NCBI GenBank assembly: GCA_003150515.1
Contig: QALW01000044.1
Span: forward strand, 5,838-69,837
Reading direction: 5' to 3'
From: Selenomonadales bacterium
GTDB lineage: Bacteria > Bacillota > Clostridia > Christensenellales > QALW01
Length of the DNA stretch: 64,000 bases
Each line of letters begins with the position of its first letter. Position 1 is the first letter of the stretch. Below the pieces are notes generated by a model. That model worked only from the letters and a program-made list of their open reading frames with translations, had not been told where the DNA came from and made no database searches. This document shows, in pieces, positions 1 through 7,942 of the stretch. Both the position numbers and the translations under genes were made by a program.

Positions 1-44
1 AGATAGCTGTCCTTTACGTCAAGATAGTGCTTATTGATTTTCAT
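1..44 (-). CDS. 5' end (14 codons) of a gene leaving the window; the N-terminus MKINKHYLDVKDSY resembles LL-diaminopimelate aminotransferase (DapL-type) N-termini
   Basis: ATG at 44..42 is preceded by AAGGAG (51..56) with 6-nt spacing. It is absent from the ORF track because it runs off the window. The call rests on 14 residues plus the dapF module upstream. Confidence 0.35.
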   Translation of the reverse strand, partial: MKINKHYLDVKDSY

Positions 45-347
45 ATGTAGCTCCTTTCGAATTTAAGATTTTTAAGCCAAGGGGGGCGCCCCGCCCTTTA
101 AAGGAGGGCGCGTTCCCGGCGTATAGGTTTTATTGTTTCTTCAGCGGCGGCCGGCTTTTACAATCTTAAGCGGCTTTTGGAGCCGCGCCCGGCCCCCGCG
201 GCGCACATTCTGCGCGCCGCGGGGGCATTTATACAACCCCGCCCGCGCCCCGAGCGGCGCTTTTGGAGCCCCGGGGGGCTGAAAGCGGCTCCCGGCCGGG
301 CGCCTGCATAATAAGATTCTCCGAGGCCTTTAGAGCCCTTCCGCAGC

Positions 348-1205
348 TTAAATTATTACTGTGCCGTCAAACACCTTTACGGCGTTGCCCGTCATATATA
401 CTTCGCCGGTATCGGTATATCTTATTTTAAGCTCTCCGCCCAGCAGCTTGACGGTTATATCCGCGTTTTTATCGCAGAAACCGTTTTCCACGGCGGCCAC
501 CGCCGCCGCGCAGGCGCCTGTGCCGCAGGCCCAGGTCTCGCCGCTGCCCCGTTCCCAGACGCGCATTTTGAGAGTGGAACGGTCTATTACCTGAATAAAT
601 TCGGCGTTTACCCGTTCGGGGAAGAGCTCGTCATGCTCAAACTGAGGCCCGATTTTTTCCAGGGGGAAGAAATCTACGCTGTCCACAAATACTACGCAGT
701 GCGGATTGCCCATGGAAACGCAGGTAATATCATAATCCTCTCCTCCTATATTAACCCTGCGGCCTATAATTTTATCTCCCTCCAGCTTTACGGGGATATT
801 TTCAGGCCGGAGCTCGGCCGCTCCCATATTTACCTGAGCCGAGGTGGCCACGCCGTTCTGGGCGTATACCCTTATGCTCTTGATGCCCGAAAGGGTTTCA
901 AGAGTCATAACCTCTTTATTGACCATTCTGTTATCAAACAGATATTTGGCCACGCAGCGGGAAGCGTTGCCGCACATTTTGCCTTCGCTGCCGTCCAGAT
1001 TGAACATTCGCATTTTGGCGTCCGCCTTGGATGAGGGGCATATAAGCACTACTCCGTCGCCGCCTACTCCGAAATGCCTGTCGGCCAGGCGTATGCTGAG
1101 CCCCTCGGGATTGTCTATGCGCTGCTCAAAGGCGTTAAAATAAATATAGTCGTTGCCGCAGCCGTGCATTTTGGTGAATTTAAGCTGGGTGCGCTTTGTG
1201 CGCAT
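348..1205 (-). other. dapF: DapF (diaminopimelate epimerase) module at the 3' end of the carB ORF
   Basis: 285 aa from MRTKRTQLKFTKMHGCGNDYIYF. Both catalytic Cys motifs are present (NLDGSEGKMCGNASRC and ERGSGETWACGTGACA). The internal ATG at 1205..1203 has a weak GGTGGA (1216..1221) 10 nt upstream. Confidence 0.85.
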
Positions 1206-4200
1206 ATGATTGATGTCCACCAATTCAAAATTCATCTCCGAATAGCGGCTCTTTATGCTGTCCGCTACGGCGTGGGCCGTATCAATGGAGGTCAGGCAGG
1301 GGATGCTGCGTTCTACCGCCTTGCGCCGGATTTTAACGCTGTCTCTGCCGGGCAGGCGGCCCTTGGCGCTGGTGGAGATGAGATAGTCTATTTTGCCGCT
1401 CTCAATAAGGGTGAGAGTGTTGACGTCGCTTTCGTGGATTTTGCTGACTATTTCAGCCTCCATGCCCGAGGCGCTTATAATGCGGGCCGTGCCGGCCGTC
1501 GCGTACAGCTTAAAGCCCAAATCATAGAATTTCTTGGCTACGGCGGCTATTTCCTGCTTGTCCGAATCGCGCACGGACAGGAACACGCCCTTTTTGGAGG
1601 AGCTTACCGCCTTGCGCAGCTTATAGCCGGCCGCTATAAGCCCTTTATAAAGCGCTTCCTCTAAAGTTCCCGCAAGGCCCAGCACTTCGCCCGTGGATTT
1701 CATCTCGGGCCCCAGATGGCTGTCCACATTGGCCAGCTTTTCAAAGGAGAATATGGGCACCTTGACGGCGAAATATGCGCCCTGGGGATAGAGGCCCGTG
1801 CCGTAGCCCATATCGTAGAGCTTTTCGCCCAGCATGGCGCGGGTGGCCAGCGCCACCATGGGCACGCCCGTAACCTTGCTTATATAGGGCACAGTCCGGG
1901 AGGAGCGGGGATTAACCTCTATAACATAGAGCTGCTCGTTATATATTACATATTGGATGTTTATAAGCCCTTTTGTATTAAGAGCCAGGGCCAGGCGGCG
2001 GGTGCAGTCCACAATGCGGCTGACCATGCGGTCGCTGAGATTATAGGCGGGATATACGCTTATGGAATCGCCCGAATGCACGCCCGCCCGCTCTATATGC
2101 TCCATTATGCCGGGAATGAGCACGTCCTCTCCGTCGCATATGCCGTCCACTTCTATTTCCAGCCCCATGAGATATTTATCTATGAGCACCGGGTTTTCTA
2201 TGCCCTGAGAGAGAATAATCTGCATATATTCCTTAACGTCCGAATCGTTAAAGGCGATAATCATATTCTGGCCGCCCAGCACATAGGAGGGACGTAGCAG
2301 CACGGGATAGCCAATCTCAGCGGCTACTGCCAGGGCGGAGGAGGCGTCCTTGACAGAATGCCCCTGGGGACGCTTAATATTCAATTCCTCCAAAAGAGCG
2401 TCAAATCGCTCGCGGTCCTCGGCGCGGTCTATGCTGTCCGCACTGGTGCCCAGAATGTTTTCCCCGCGCTCAGAGAGGAATTTGGTCAGCTTGATGGCCG
2501 TCTGGCCGCCGAAGGCCACCACTACTCCCCAGGGCTTTTCTGTTTCCAGCACGTTGCGCACGTCCTCGGGCGTGAGAGGCTCGAAATAAAGCCGGTCGGC
2601 CGTATCAAAGTCTGTGGAAACCGTTTCGGGATTGTTATTGACTATAACCACCTCAAAGCCGGCGTTTTTAAGCGCCCAGACGCAGTGCACGGAGGCGTAG
2701 TCGAATTCTATGCCCTGGCCTATGCGTATGGGGCCCGAACCGAATACAATTACCGTCCGCTTGCGTTCGGGCAGCTCCTGGATAAATTCCGCGGCCTCGT
2801 TCTCCTCTTCAAAGGAGGAATAGAAATAGGGAGTCTGGGCGCTGAATTCGGCCGCGCAGGTATCCACCATCTTGAATACCGCCGTCGCGGGCTCTTCCAC
2901 CTTGCGCCCCGAAAATTCCTCTATGGCCGCGTCTAAAAAGCCCATGCGCTTGGCGGATAGATAAAGCTGCTGGTCAAAGCCCTGCTTAAGGGCGTTTTCC
3001 ATATCTATAATATTCTGAATTTTATAAAGGAACCATAAATCTATTTTAGTTAAAGCGTGGATTTCCTGCGGGGAAGCGCCCTTTCGCAGCGCGTCGGCCA
3101 CTATGAACAGGCGCTCGTCGGTTGTTTCGGTCAGGCGCGTTAAGGCTTCCTCGCGGGGAAAATCATATTTGGGGGAATAAAGGCTCTTAAGGCCGATTTC
3201 GGCCCCTCTGACCGCCTTGAGCAAAGCCTCTTCAAATGTGGCGCCTATGGCCATAACTTCGCCCGTCGCCTGCATTTGAGTGCCTAACTGGCGCTTGGCG
3301 TATACGAATTTATCAAAGGGCCATTTGGGCAGCTTGACCACGACGTAGTCCAGCGCGGGCTCAAAGCAGGCGCTTTTGCCCGTTATGGCGTTGGATATCT
3401 CGTTGAGATTATAGCCTATGGCTATTTTGGCGGCCACTTTGGCTATGGGATAGCCCGTGGCCTTGGAGGCCAGCGCGCTGGAACGGGATACGCGGGGATT
3501 AACTTCTATTACGGCATATTCAAAGCTCTCCGGATTGAGGGCGAACTGGCAGTTGCAGCCTCCTTCTACCTTCAGCGCGGAGATAATATCCAGCGCCGCC
3601 GTGCGCAGCATTTGATATTCCTTATCAGCCAAGGTCACGGCGGGGGCGACTACTATGGAATCCCCCGTATGTATGCCCACTGGATCTAAATTTTCCATGC
3701 TGCATATGGTTATGACGTTGCCTGCGCCATCCCGCATTACTTCAAATTCAATTTCCTTCCAGCCGGCTATGCATTTTTCCACCAGGATTTGCCCTATGGG
3801 GGAGAGGCGCAGCCCGTTTACGGCCACGTCCCGCATTTCCTCGTCGTTATTGACTATGCCGCCGCCGCTGCCGCCCAGCGTAAAGGCGGGACGGATTATG
3901 AGGGGATAGCCAATTTCGCGGGCAAAGGCCAGGGCGTCCTCAAGGGTGGTTACTACTCTTGAGGGAATGCAGGGCTGATTTATGCTCTCCATGGTGTCCT
4001 TAAAGAGCTGGCGGTCCTCCGCTTTATCTATTGTTTCAGGATTGGCTCCCAGCAGGCGCACGCCCATCTGCTCCAAAAAGCCGTCCTTGGCCAATTGCAT
4101 GGAGAGAGTCAGGCCCGTCTGGCCGCCTAAAGTGGAGAGCAGGCTGTCGGGGCGCTCTTTTTCTATTATGCGCTTTATTACGGGCAGAGTTAAGGGCTCT

Positions 4201-4397
4201 ATATATATGCGGTCGGCCATGGCGCTGTCCGTCATTATGGTGGCGGGATTGGAATTAACCAGGACTACCTCCAGGCCGTCCTCCTTAAGCGCGCGGCAGG
4301 CCTGAGTGCCCGCGTAGTCAAATTCGGCTGCCTGGCCTATAACTATTGGGCCCGAGCCTATTACCATTACTTTTCTTATGCTTTTATTCAGCGGCAT
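348..4397 (-). CDS. carB: carbamoyl-phosphate synthase large subunit (aa 1-1064) continuing in frame into diaminopimelate epimerase (aa 1065-1349)
   Basis: Single 1349-aa ORF. The N-terminus VMVIGSGPIVIGQAAEFDYAGTQA, the duplicated ATP-grasp halves (second half VIVFGSGPIRIGQGIEFDYA) and an MGS-like tail are typical CarB. No stop codon precedes the DapF-like part. Confidence 0.9.
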   Translation of the reverse strand: MPLNKSIRKVMVIGSGPIVIGQAAEFDYAGTQACRALKEDGLEVVLVNSNPATIMTDSAMADRIYIEPLTLPVIKRIIEKERPDSLLSTLGGQTGLTLSMQLAKDGFLEQMGVRLLGANPETIDKAEDRQLFKDTMESINQPCIPSRVVTTLEDALAFAREIGYPLIIRPAFTLGGSGGGIVNNDEEMRDVAVNGLRLSPIGQILVEKCIAGWKEIEFEVMRDGAGNVITICSMENLDPVGIHTGDSIVVAPAVTLADKEYQMLRTAALDIISALKVEGGCNCQFALNPESFEYAVIEVNPRVSRSSALASKATGYPIAKVAAKIAIGYNLNEISNAITGKSACFEPALDYVVVKLPKWPFDKFVYAKRQLGTQMQATGEVMAIGATFEEALLKAVRGAEIGLKSLYSPKYDFPREEALTRLTETTDERLFIVADALRKGASPQEIHALTKIDLWFLYKIQNIIDMENALKQGFDQQLYLSAKRMGFLDAAIEEFSGRKVEEPATAVFKMVDTCAAEFSAQTPYFYSSFEEENEAAEFIQELPERKRTVIVFGSGPIRIGQGIEFDYASVHCVWALKNAGFEVVIVNNNPETVSTDFDTADRLYFEPLTPEDVRNVLETEKPWGVVVAFGGQTAIKLTKFLSERGENILGTSADSIDRAEDRERFDALLEELNIKRPQGHSVKDASSALAVAAEIGYPVLLRPSYVLGGQNMIIAFNDSDVKEYMQIILSQGIENPVLIDKYLMGLEIEVDGICDGEDVLIPGIMEHIERAGVHSGDSISVYPAYNLSDRMVSRIVDCTRRLALALNTKGLINIQYVIYNEQLYVIEVNPRSSRTVPYISKVTGVPMVALATRAMLGEKLYDMGYGTGLYPQGAYFAVKVPIFSFEKLANVDSHLGPEMKSTGEVLGLAGTLEEALYKGLIAAGYKLRKAVSSSKKGVFLSVRDSDKQEIAAVAKKFYDLGFKLYATAGTARIISASGMEAEIVSKIHESDVNTLTLIESGKIDYLISTSAKGRLPGRDSVKIRRKAVERSIPCLTSIDTAHAVADSIKSRYSEMNFELVDINHMRTKRTQLKFTKMHGCGNDYIYFNAFEQRIDNPEGLSIRLADRHFGVGGDGVVLICPSSKADAKMRMFNLDGSEGKMCGNASRCVAKYLFDNRMVNKEVMTLETLSGIKSIRVYAQNGVATSAQVNMGAAELRPENIPVKLEGDKIIGRRVNIGGEDYDITCVSMGNPHCVVFVDSVDFFPLEKIGPQFEHDELFPERVNAEFIQVIDRSTLKMRVWERGSGETWACGTGACAAAVAAVENGFCDKNADITVKLLGGELKIRYTDTGEVYMTGNAVKVFDGTVII

Positions 4398-4477
4398 TTA
4401 TGTATATCCCCTTTGCAATTATTTATATTTTACAGCCGTGCGGAATTTTCAGCCGTCCGGGATTTTTGACTGCGGGC

Positions 4478-5560
4478 CTATTTTTTTAGCATGGCCGCAA
4501 ATTTATCAAAGAGAAAGGCCGTATCCTTGGGGCCGGCCGAGGCTTCGGGATGGAATTGCACTGAAAAGGCGGGCATGTCGTTATATTCCACGCCCTCGCA
4601 GGTGCCGTCGTTGGCGTTGATAAAGCTGGCGCGGGCGTTGGGGGGCAGGGTTTCATTTAATACCGCGTAGCCGTGGTTTTGGCTGGTTATATAAACTCTG
4701 CCGGTGGCCGTCTCCGTGCAGGGCTGATTGGCGCCCCGATGGCCGTATTTAAGCTTGCCCGTTTTTGCGCCGCTGGCCAGGGCCAGAAGCTGATGTCCAA
4801 GGCATATGCCGAAAATGGGAAGCTTCCGGGCGCATATTTTGCGCAGCTCTTCAATGATGGAAGCGTTTTCAGAGGGATCCCCGGGGCCGTTGGAGAGCAT
4901 TATGCCGTCGGGGCGCTCCTGCAATATTTCCTCGGCCTTAGCGTTCGCCTGCATAATTTTAACCTGGCAGCCCCTTTTAATCAGTTCCCGCTCTATATTC
5001 AGCTTGGCTCCGAAATCCCACAGCACGACCTTAGGGCCATTGCCGGCCGTGGCCGGGCCGGGGCTTTGAGCGCTGACAGAATTGACGGCGTTTTTGATGC
5101 GGAAATTTTTAAGCTGACTTAAAAGCTGCTCGTCCGCGTCGGGAGTAAAGCTTAATTTAGCGTTCATAACGCCCTGCTCGCGCACAATGCGCGTAAGGGC
5201 GCGGGTATCTATGCCGTAAAGGCCGGGAACGCCCTCCTGTTTTAAAAAAGCGTCAAGCCGGCCCTCTGAACGGAAATTTGAAGGCTGCTGACACCACTCT
5301 CTTACAATATAAGCCTTTAAAAAGGGACGGGCGCTTTCAAAATCGCCGGGAATTACTCCATAATTGCCAATCAGCGGAAAGGTTTGAATAACAAGCTGGC
5401 CGTAATAGCTTGGATCGGTGAGCGTCTCCAAATAGCCCGTCATGGCGGTAGTAAAAACCAATTCGCCAATAGCTTCCCGCTCTTCTCCGAAAAAATAACC
5501 CTGAAAAACTCTGCCGTTTTCCAATATTAGATAACCCTTGCGGGCGTCCTGCTCCTGCAT
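4478..5560 (-). CDS. carA: carbamoyl-phosphate synthase small (glutaminase) subunit
   Basis: LILENGRVFQGYFFG...TAMTGYLETLTDPSY N-domain and a GATase-1 domain (PIFGICLGHQLL, QFHPEA). Start trimmed to the ATG at 5560, which has an AAGGAGG RBS; the ORF-track N-extension overlaps the upstream gene. Confidence 0.92.
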   Translation of the reverse strand: MQEQDARKGYLILENGRVFQGYFFGEEREAIGELVFTTAMTGYLETLTDPSYYGQLVIQTFPLIGNYGVIPGDFESARPFLKAYIVREWCQQPSNFRSEGRLDAFLKQEGVPGLYGIDTRALTRIVREQGVMNAKLSFTPDADEQLLSQLKNFRIKNAVNSVSAQSPGPATAGNGPKVVLWDFGAKLNIERELIKRGCQVKIMQANAKAEEILQERPDGIMLSNGPGDPSENASIIEELRKICARKLPIFGICLGHQLLALASGAKTGKLKYGHRGANQPCTETATGRVYITSQNHGYAVLNETLPPNARASFINANDGTCEGVEYNDMPAFSVQFHPEASAGPKDTAFLFDKFAAMLKK

Positions 5561-5615
5561 TTTTTCCTCCTTAAAAATTGTCTGCCCGGCCATATCCCGG
5601 GCTGCGGCGGGCGCG

Positions 5616-6179
5616 TTAATTTTCATAAGCCTTTAAAATGCTTTGGGCTATATCCCCGCGCGTCCGGCGCAAATCCATGGCCTGCTTTTCAATGTAACGG
5701 TGAGCCTGGGGCTCAGTCATATCAGCATATTGTATCAGAGCGCACTTGGCTCTGTCAACTAGTCTTATTTCTGCAATTTTTTCCTGTAAACGCTCATTCT
5801 CGCTTTTAAGCCGCATAAACTGGCGCCTGGACGCGTTTATGAGATGAAGCGCCTGATAGAATAAAACGCGGTTTAAGGGCTTGGGCACTACCAGCACTCC
5901 CGAGGCCTCCACGCGCTGGGCGATTTCATCGCAGCTTTCGCTTTTTATGAGCATAATTACGCTTGAACCGGCCCCGGCGGCGTCCAGAGCCAATTCTATG
6001 CCCGATTCATTTTGCAGGGGCGCGTTTATAAGCACTAAATCAAAGCTCATAGAGAGCAGGCGGCGGGCTTCGAAAGAATCGTGCGTGCTCTCTATCTGGC
6101 TGTAATCTGTTTGCTTAAAAAGCTCCATGAGCACGGGCAGGCTGTTTTTGCTGCCCGAAATTATAAGCAGCCCGCCCAT
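5616..6179 (-). CDS. ANTAR-domain RNA-binding regulator with a receiver-like N-domain (GlnR/NitR-like antiterminator)
   Basis: The C-terminus LVDRAKCALIQYADMTEPQAHRYIEKQAMDLRRTRGDIAQSIL matches ANTAR. Its ATG overlaps the glnA stop (ATGA at 6176..6181). Confidence 0.8.
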   Translation of the reverse strand: MGGLLIISGSKNSLPVLMELFKQTDYSQIESTHDSFEARRLLSMSFDLVLINAPLQNESGIELALDAAGAGSSVIMLIKSESCDEIAQRVEASGVLVVPKPLNRVLFYQALHLINASRRQFMRLKSENERLQEKIAEIRLVDRAKCALIQYADMTEPQAHRYIEKQAMDLRRTRGDIAQSILKAYEN

Positions 6180-7402
6180 CAGCCCTCCGTATTCATGCCC
6201 GGCATATGGGCCAGATAATTATTCAGCAGCAGCTCGGGCATATTTTCCTTTACCAGGCTGCTCCTGCGCGCGCGCCCCGCCGCGTCCGCGGGGCTGAGGG
6301 GCAGGAGGCTTTCGGGCAGCGCCTTTGGGCGCGCCCCCCGCTTTATGCCGTCCAGGCCGGCAAAAATGCTCATGGCCAGAGCCAGATAGGGATTGCAGAG
6401 CGAATCGGGCGAGCGCAGTTCCAGGCGCGCGTTTTCTCCCGAAGCGGCGGGAATGCGGATGAGGCGGTCCCGCCGGGAACGTCCCCAGCCTATGTAATCG
6501 GGCCCCGAAAGGGCGCGCAGGCGTTCGTAGGAAGAGGGCGCGGCGTTTAAAAAGGCGGTTATATCCCCTATATTCTCTAAAATTCCCGCCATAAAGCTTT
6601 CTGCTTCAGGGCAATGCTCGTCGGGCGCGGTTTTGAAGATGTTTTTGCCTCCCGTGAAAAGGGAGAGATTGAGATGCAGCCCGCTGCCGGGCGCGTTTTT
6701 AAGAGGCAGAGGCTCGAAGCTGGCATATAGGCCGTTGCGCGCGGCGGTCGTGCTGACCACCCATTTGACGGTTATTAATCTGTCCGCCGTTATAAGCGCG
6801 TCGGAGAATTTAAAATCTATTTCATTCTGCCCCGGCCCCTTTTCGTGATGGGAGCTTTCGGGCTGTATGCCCATATCCTCCAGCGTAAGGCAGATTTCCC
6901 TGCGCACGTTTTCTCCTCTGTCCAATGGGGCGACGTCCATATAGCCCGCCTGGTCGTAGGGGATGGACGTGGGCTCTCCCTGCTCGTCCAGCTTAAAGAG
7001 ATAAAATTCGCATTCGGCTCCCGTTTTGACCGTATAGCCCAGCTCGCGGGCTTTATTTTCGGCTGAGGCGAGCAGAGCGCGGCAGTCTCCGCTGAAAATG
7101 CGGCCGGAAAAATCTTTTATACTGCACATAAAGCGGGCCACTCTTCCGTGAGAGGGCCGCCAGGGGAGAATAGAGAGAGTGGAGGCTTCGGGCACGAGAA
7201 AGAGATCTCCTCCCGGAGCGTTTTCAAAGCCGGTTACGGCCGAAGCGTCAAAGGCCACGCCCTTTTCAAAGGCTCTTTCCAATTCGCCGGGCATGATGGA
7301 GATATTTCGCTGCCTGCCCGTTAAATCGCAGAAGGCCAGACGGATAAATTTAACGTCGTTTTCCTTTACAAATTGCAGGATTTCATTGGTTTTATAGAAC
7401 AT
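6179..7402 (-). CDS. glnA: glutamine synthetase (type I family)
   Basis: VKFIRLAFCDLTGRQRNISI beta-grasp domain and a catalytic domain (GAECEFYLF, SHHEKGPGQNEIDF, GSGLHLNLSL). Start set at the ATG at 7402, which has a GGAGGAG RBS. Confidence 0.92.
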   Translation of the reverse strand: MFYKTNEILQFVKENDVKFIRLAFCDLTGRQRNISIMPGELERAFEKGVAFDASAVTGFENAPGGDLFLVPEASTLSILPWRPSHGRVARFMCSIKDFSGRIFSGDCRALLASAENKARELGYTVKTGAECEFYLFKLDEQGEPTSIPYDQAGYMDVAPLDRGENVRREICLTLEDMGIQPESSHHEKGPGQNEIDFKFSDALITADRLITVKWVVSTTAARNGLYASFEPLPLKNAPGSGLHLNLSLFTGGKNIFKTAPDEHCPEAESFMAGILENIGDITAFLNAAPSSYERLRALSGPDYIGWGRSRRDRLIRIPAASGENARLELRSPDSLCNPYLALAMSIFAGLDGIKRGARPKALPESLLPLSPADAAGRARRSSLVKENMPELLLNNYLAHMPGMNTEG

Positions 7403-7441
7403 ATATGCTCCTCCGCCGCGCTGAAAAAATTTTCTTCTTAT

Positions 7442-7447
7442 ATTATA
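7442..7447 (-). promoter_or_regulatory. candidate -10 box (TATAAT) of glnA
   Basis: The minus strand reads ...TTTGTTtttacgccgcagttcgtgTATAAT about 35 nt upstream of the glnA ATG. The -35 is weak. Confidence 0.4.
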
Positions 7448-7528
7448 CACGAACTGCGGCGTAAAAACAAAGGATTTAAGCAATAATATTAAAGAAAAAT
7501 ACTAATTTTCCGAAACAAAAGGAGGGGG

Positions 7529-7712
7529 CGCCTGAAATGAAGCAGCATTGGCGGCCTTTGATTAAAGGGAACCAACGCCTGAAATGAAAGAGGGCAGGAG
7601 GCTTGCGCAAATGGAGCGGGCGCCTGAAATGAAAGAGGGCAGGAGGCTTGCGATAAAGGGGACGGGCGCCTGATATAAAAGAGGGCCGGCGGCCTGCGAA
7701 TTGAGGGGCGGA
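7529..7712. repeat. four tandem copies of a 45-47-bp unit (CGCCTGAAATGAAAGAGGGCAGGAGGCTTGCG...)
   Basis: Units start at 7529, 7576, 7621 and 7667. Units 2 and 3 are identical over their first 32 nt, and the outer units are diverged. Confidence 0.85.
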
Positions 7713-7942
7713 TGCCTTTTACGCGCCCCAGGGCCCGCCCTGCCCGGATGTTTTATCAAATTTGCCGGCTTATTGCGTTATTTTGATGCTGAAATATTAA
7801 CTTGCAATCCTTCGGCCGCTATGCTATAATCTGCGCGTAGACAGGCATGGATTGAAAAAAGGGGGGGCGGGCCGCGTTTTTTCGGACAGGGCGCATGAAG
7901 CCCGCCTGCAATATATATAATAACTTTCAGGGGGATTAAAGA

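Noticed and set aside
5561-5626. N-terminal extensions given in the ORF track (carA here; also glnA 7403..7483, lipoprotein 9763..9786, ATPase 14109..14153, GXGXG 20785..20892, XRE 28350..28373, ldh 45401..45556, methyltransferase 56252..56287, yaaQ 62257..62343)
   Set aside because: In each case an internal ATG has a good AGGAGG-type RBS at proper spacing and matches the family's usual N-terminus. The extension overlaps an upstream gene or non-coding repeats.
7529-7712. Possible CRISPR array
   Set aside because: The units are directly contiguous (period 45-47 bp) with no unique spacers of comparable length, there are only four copies and they are diverging, and there are no cas genes in the window.
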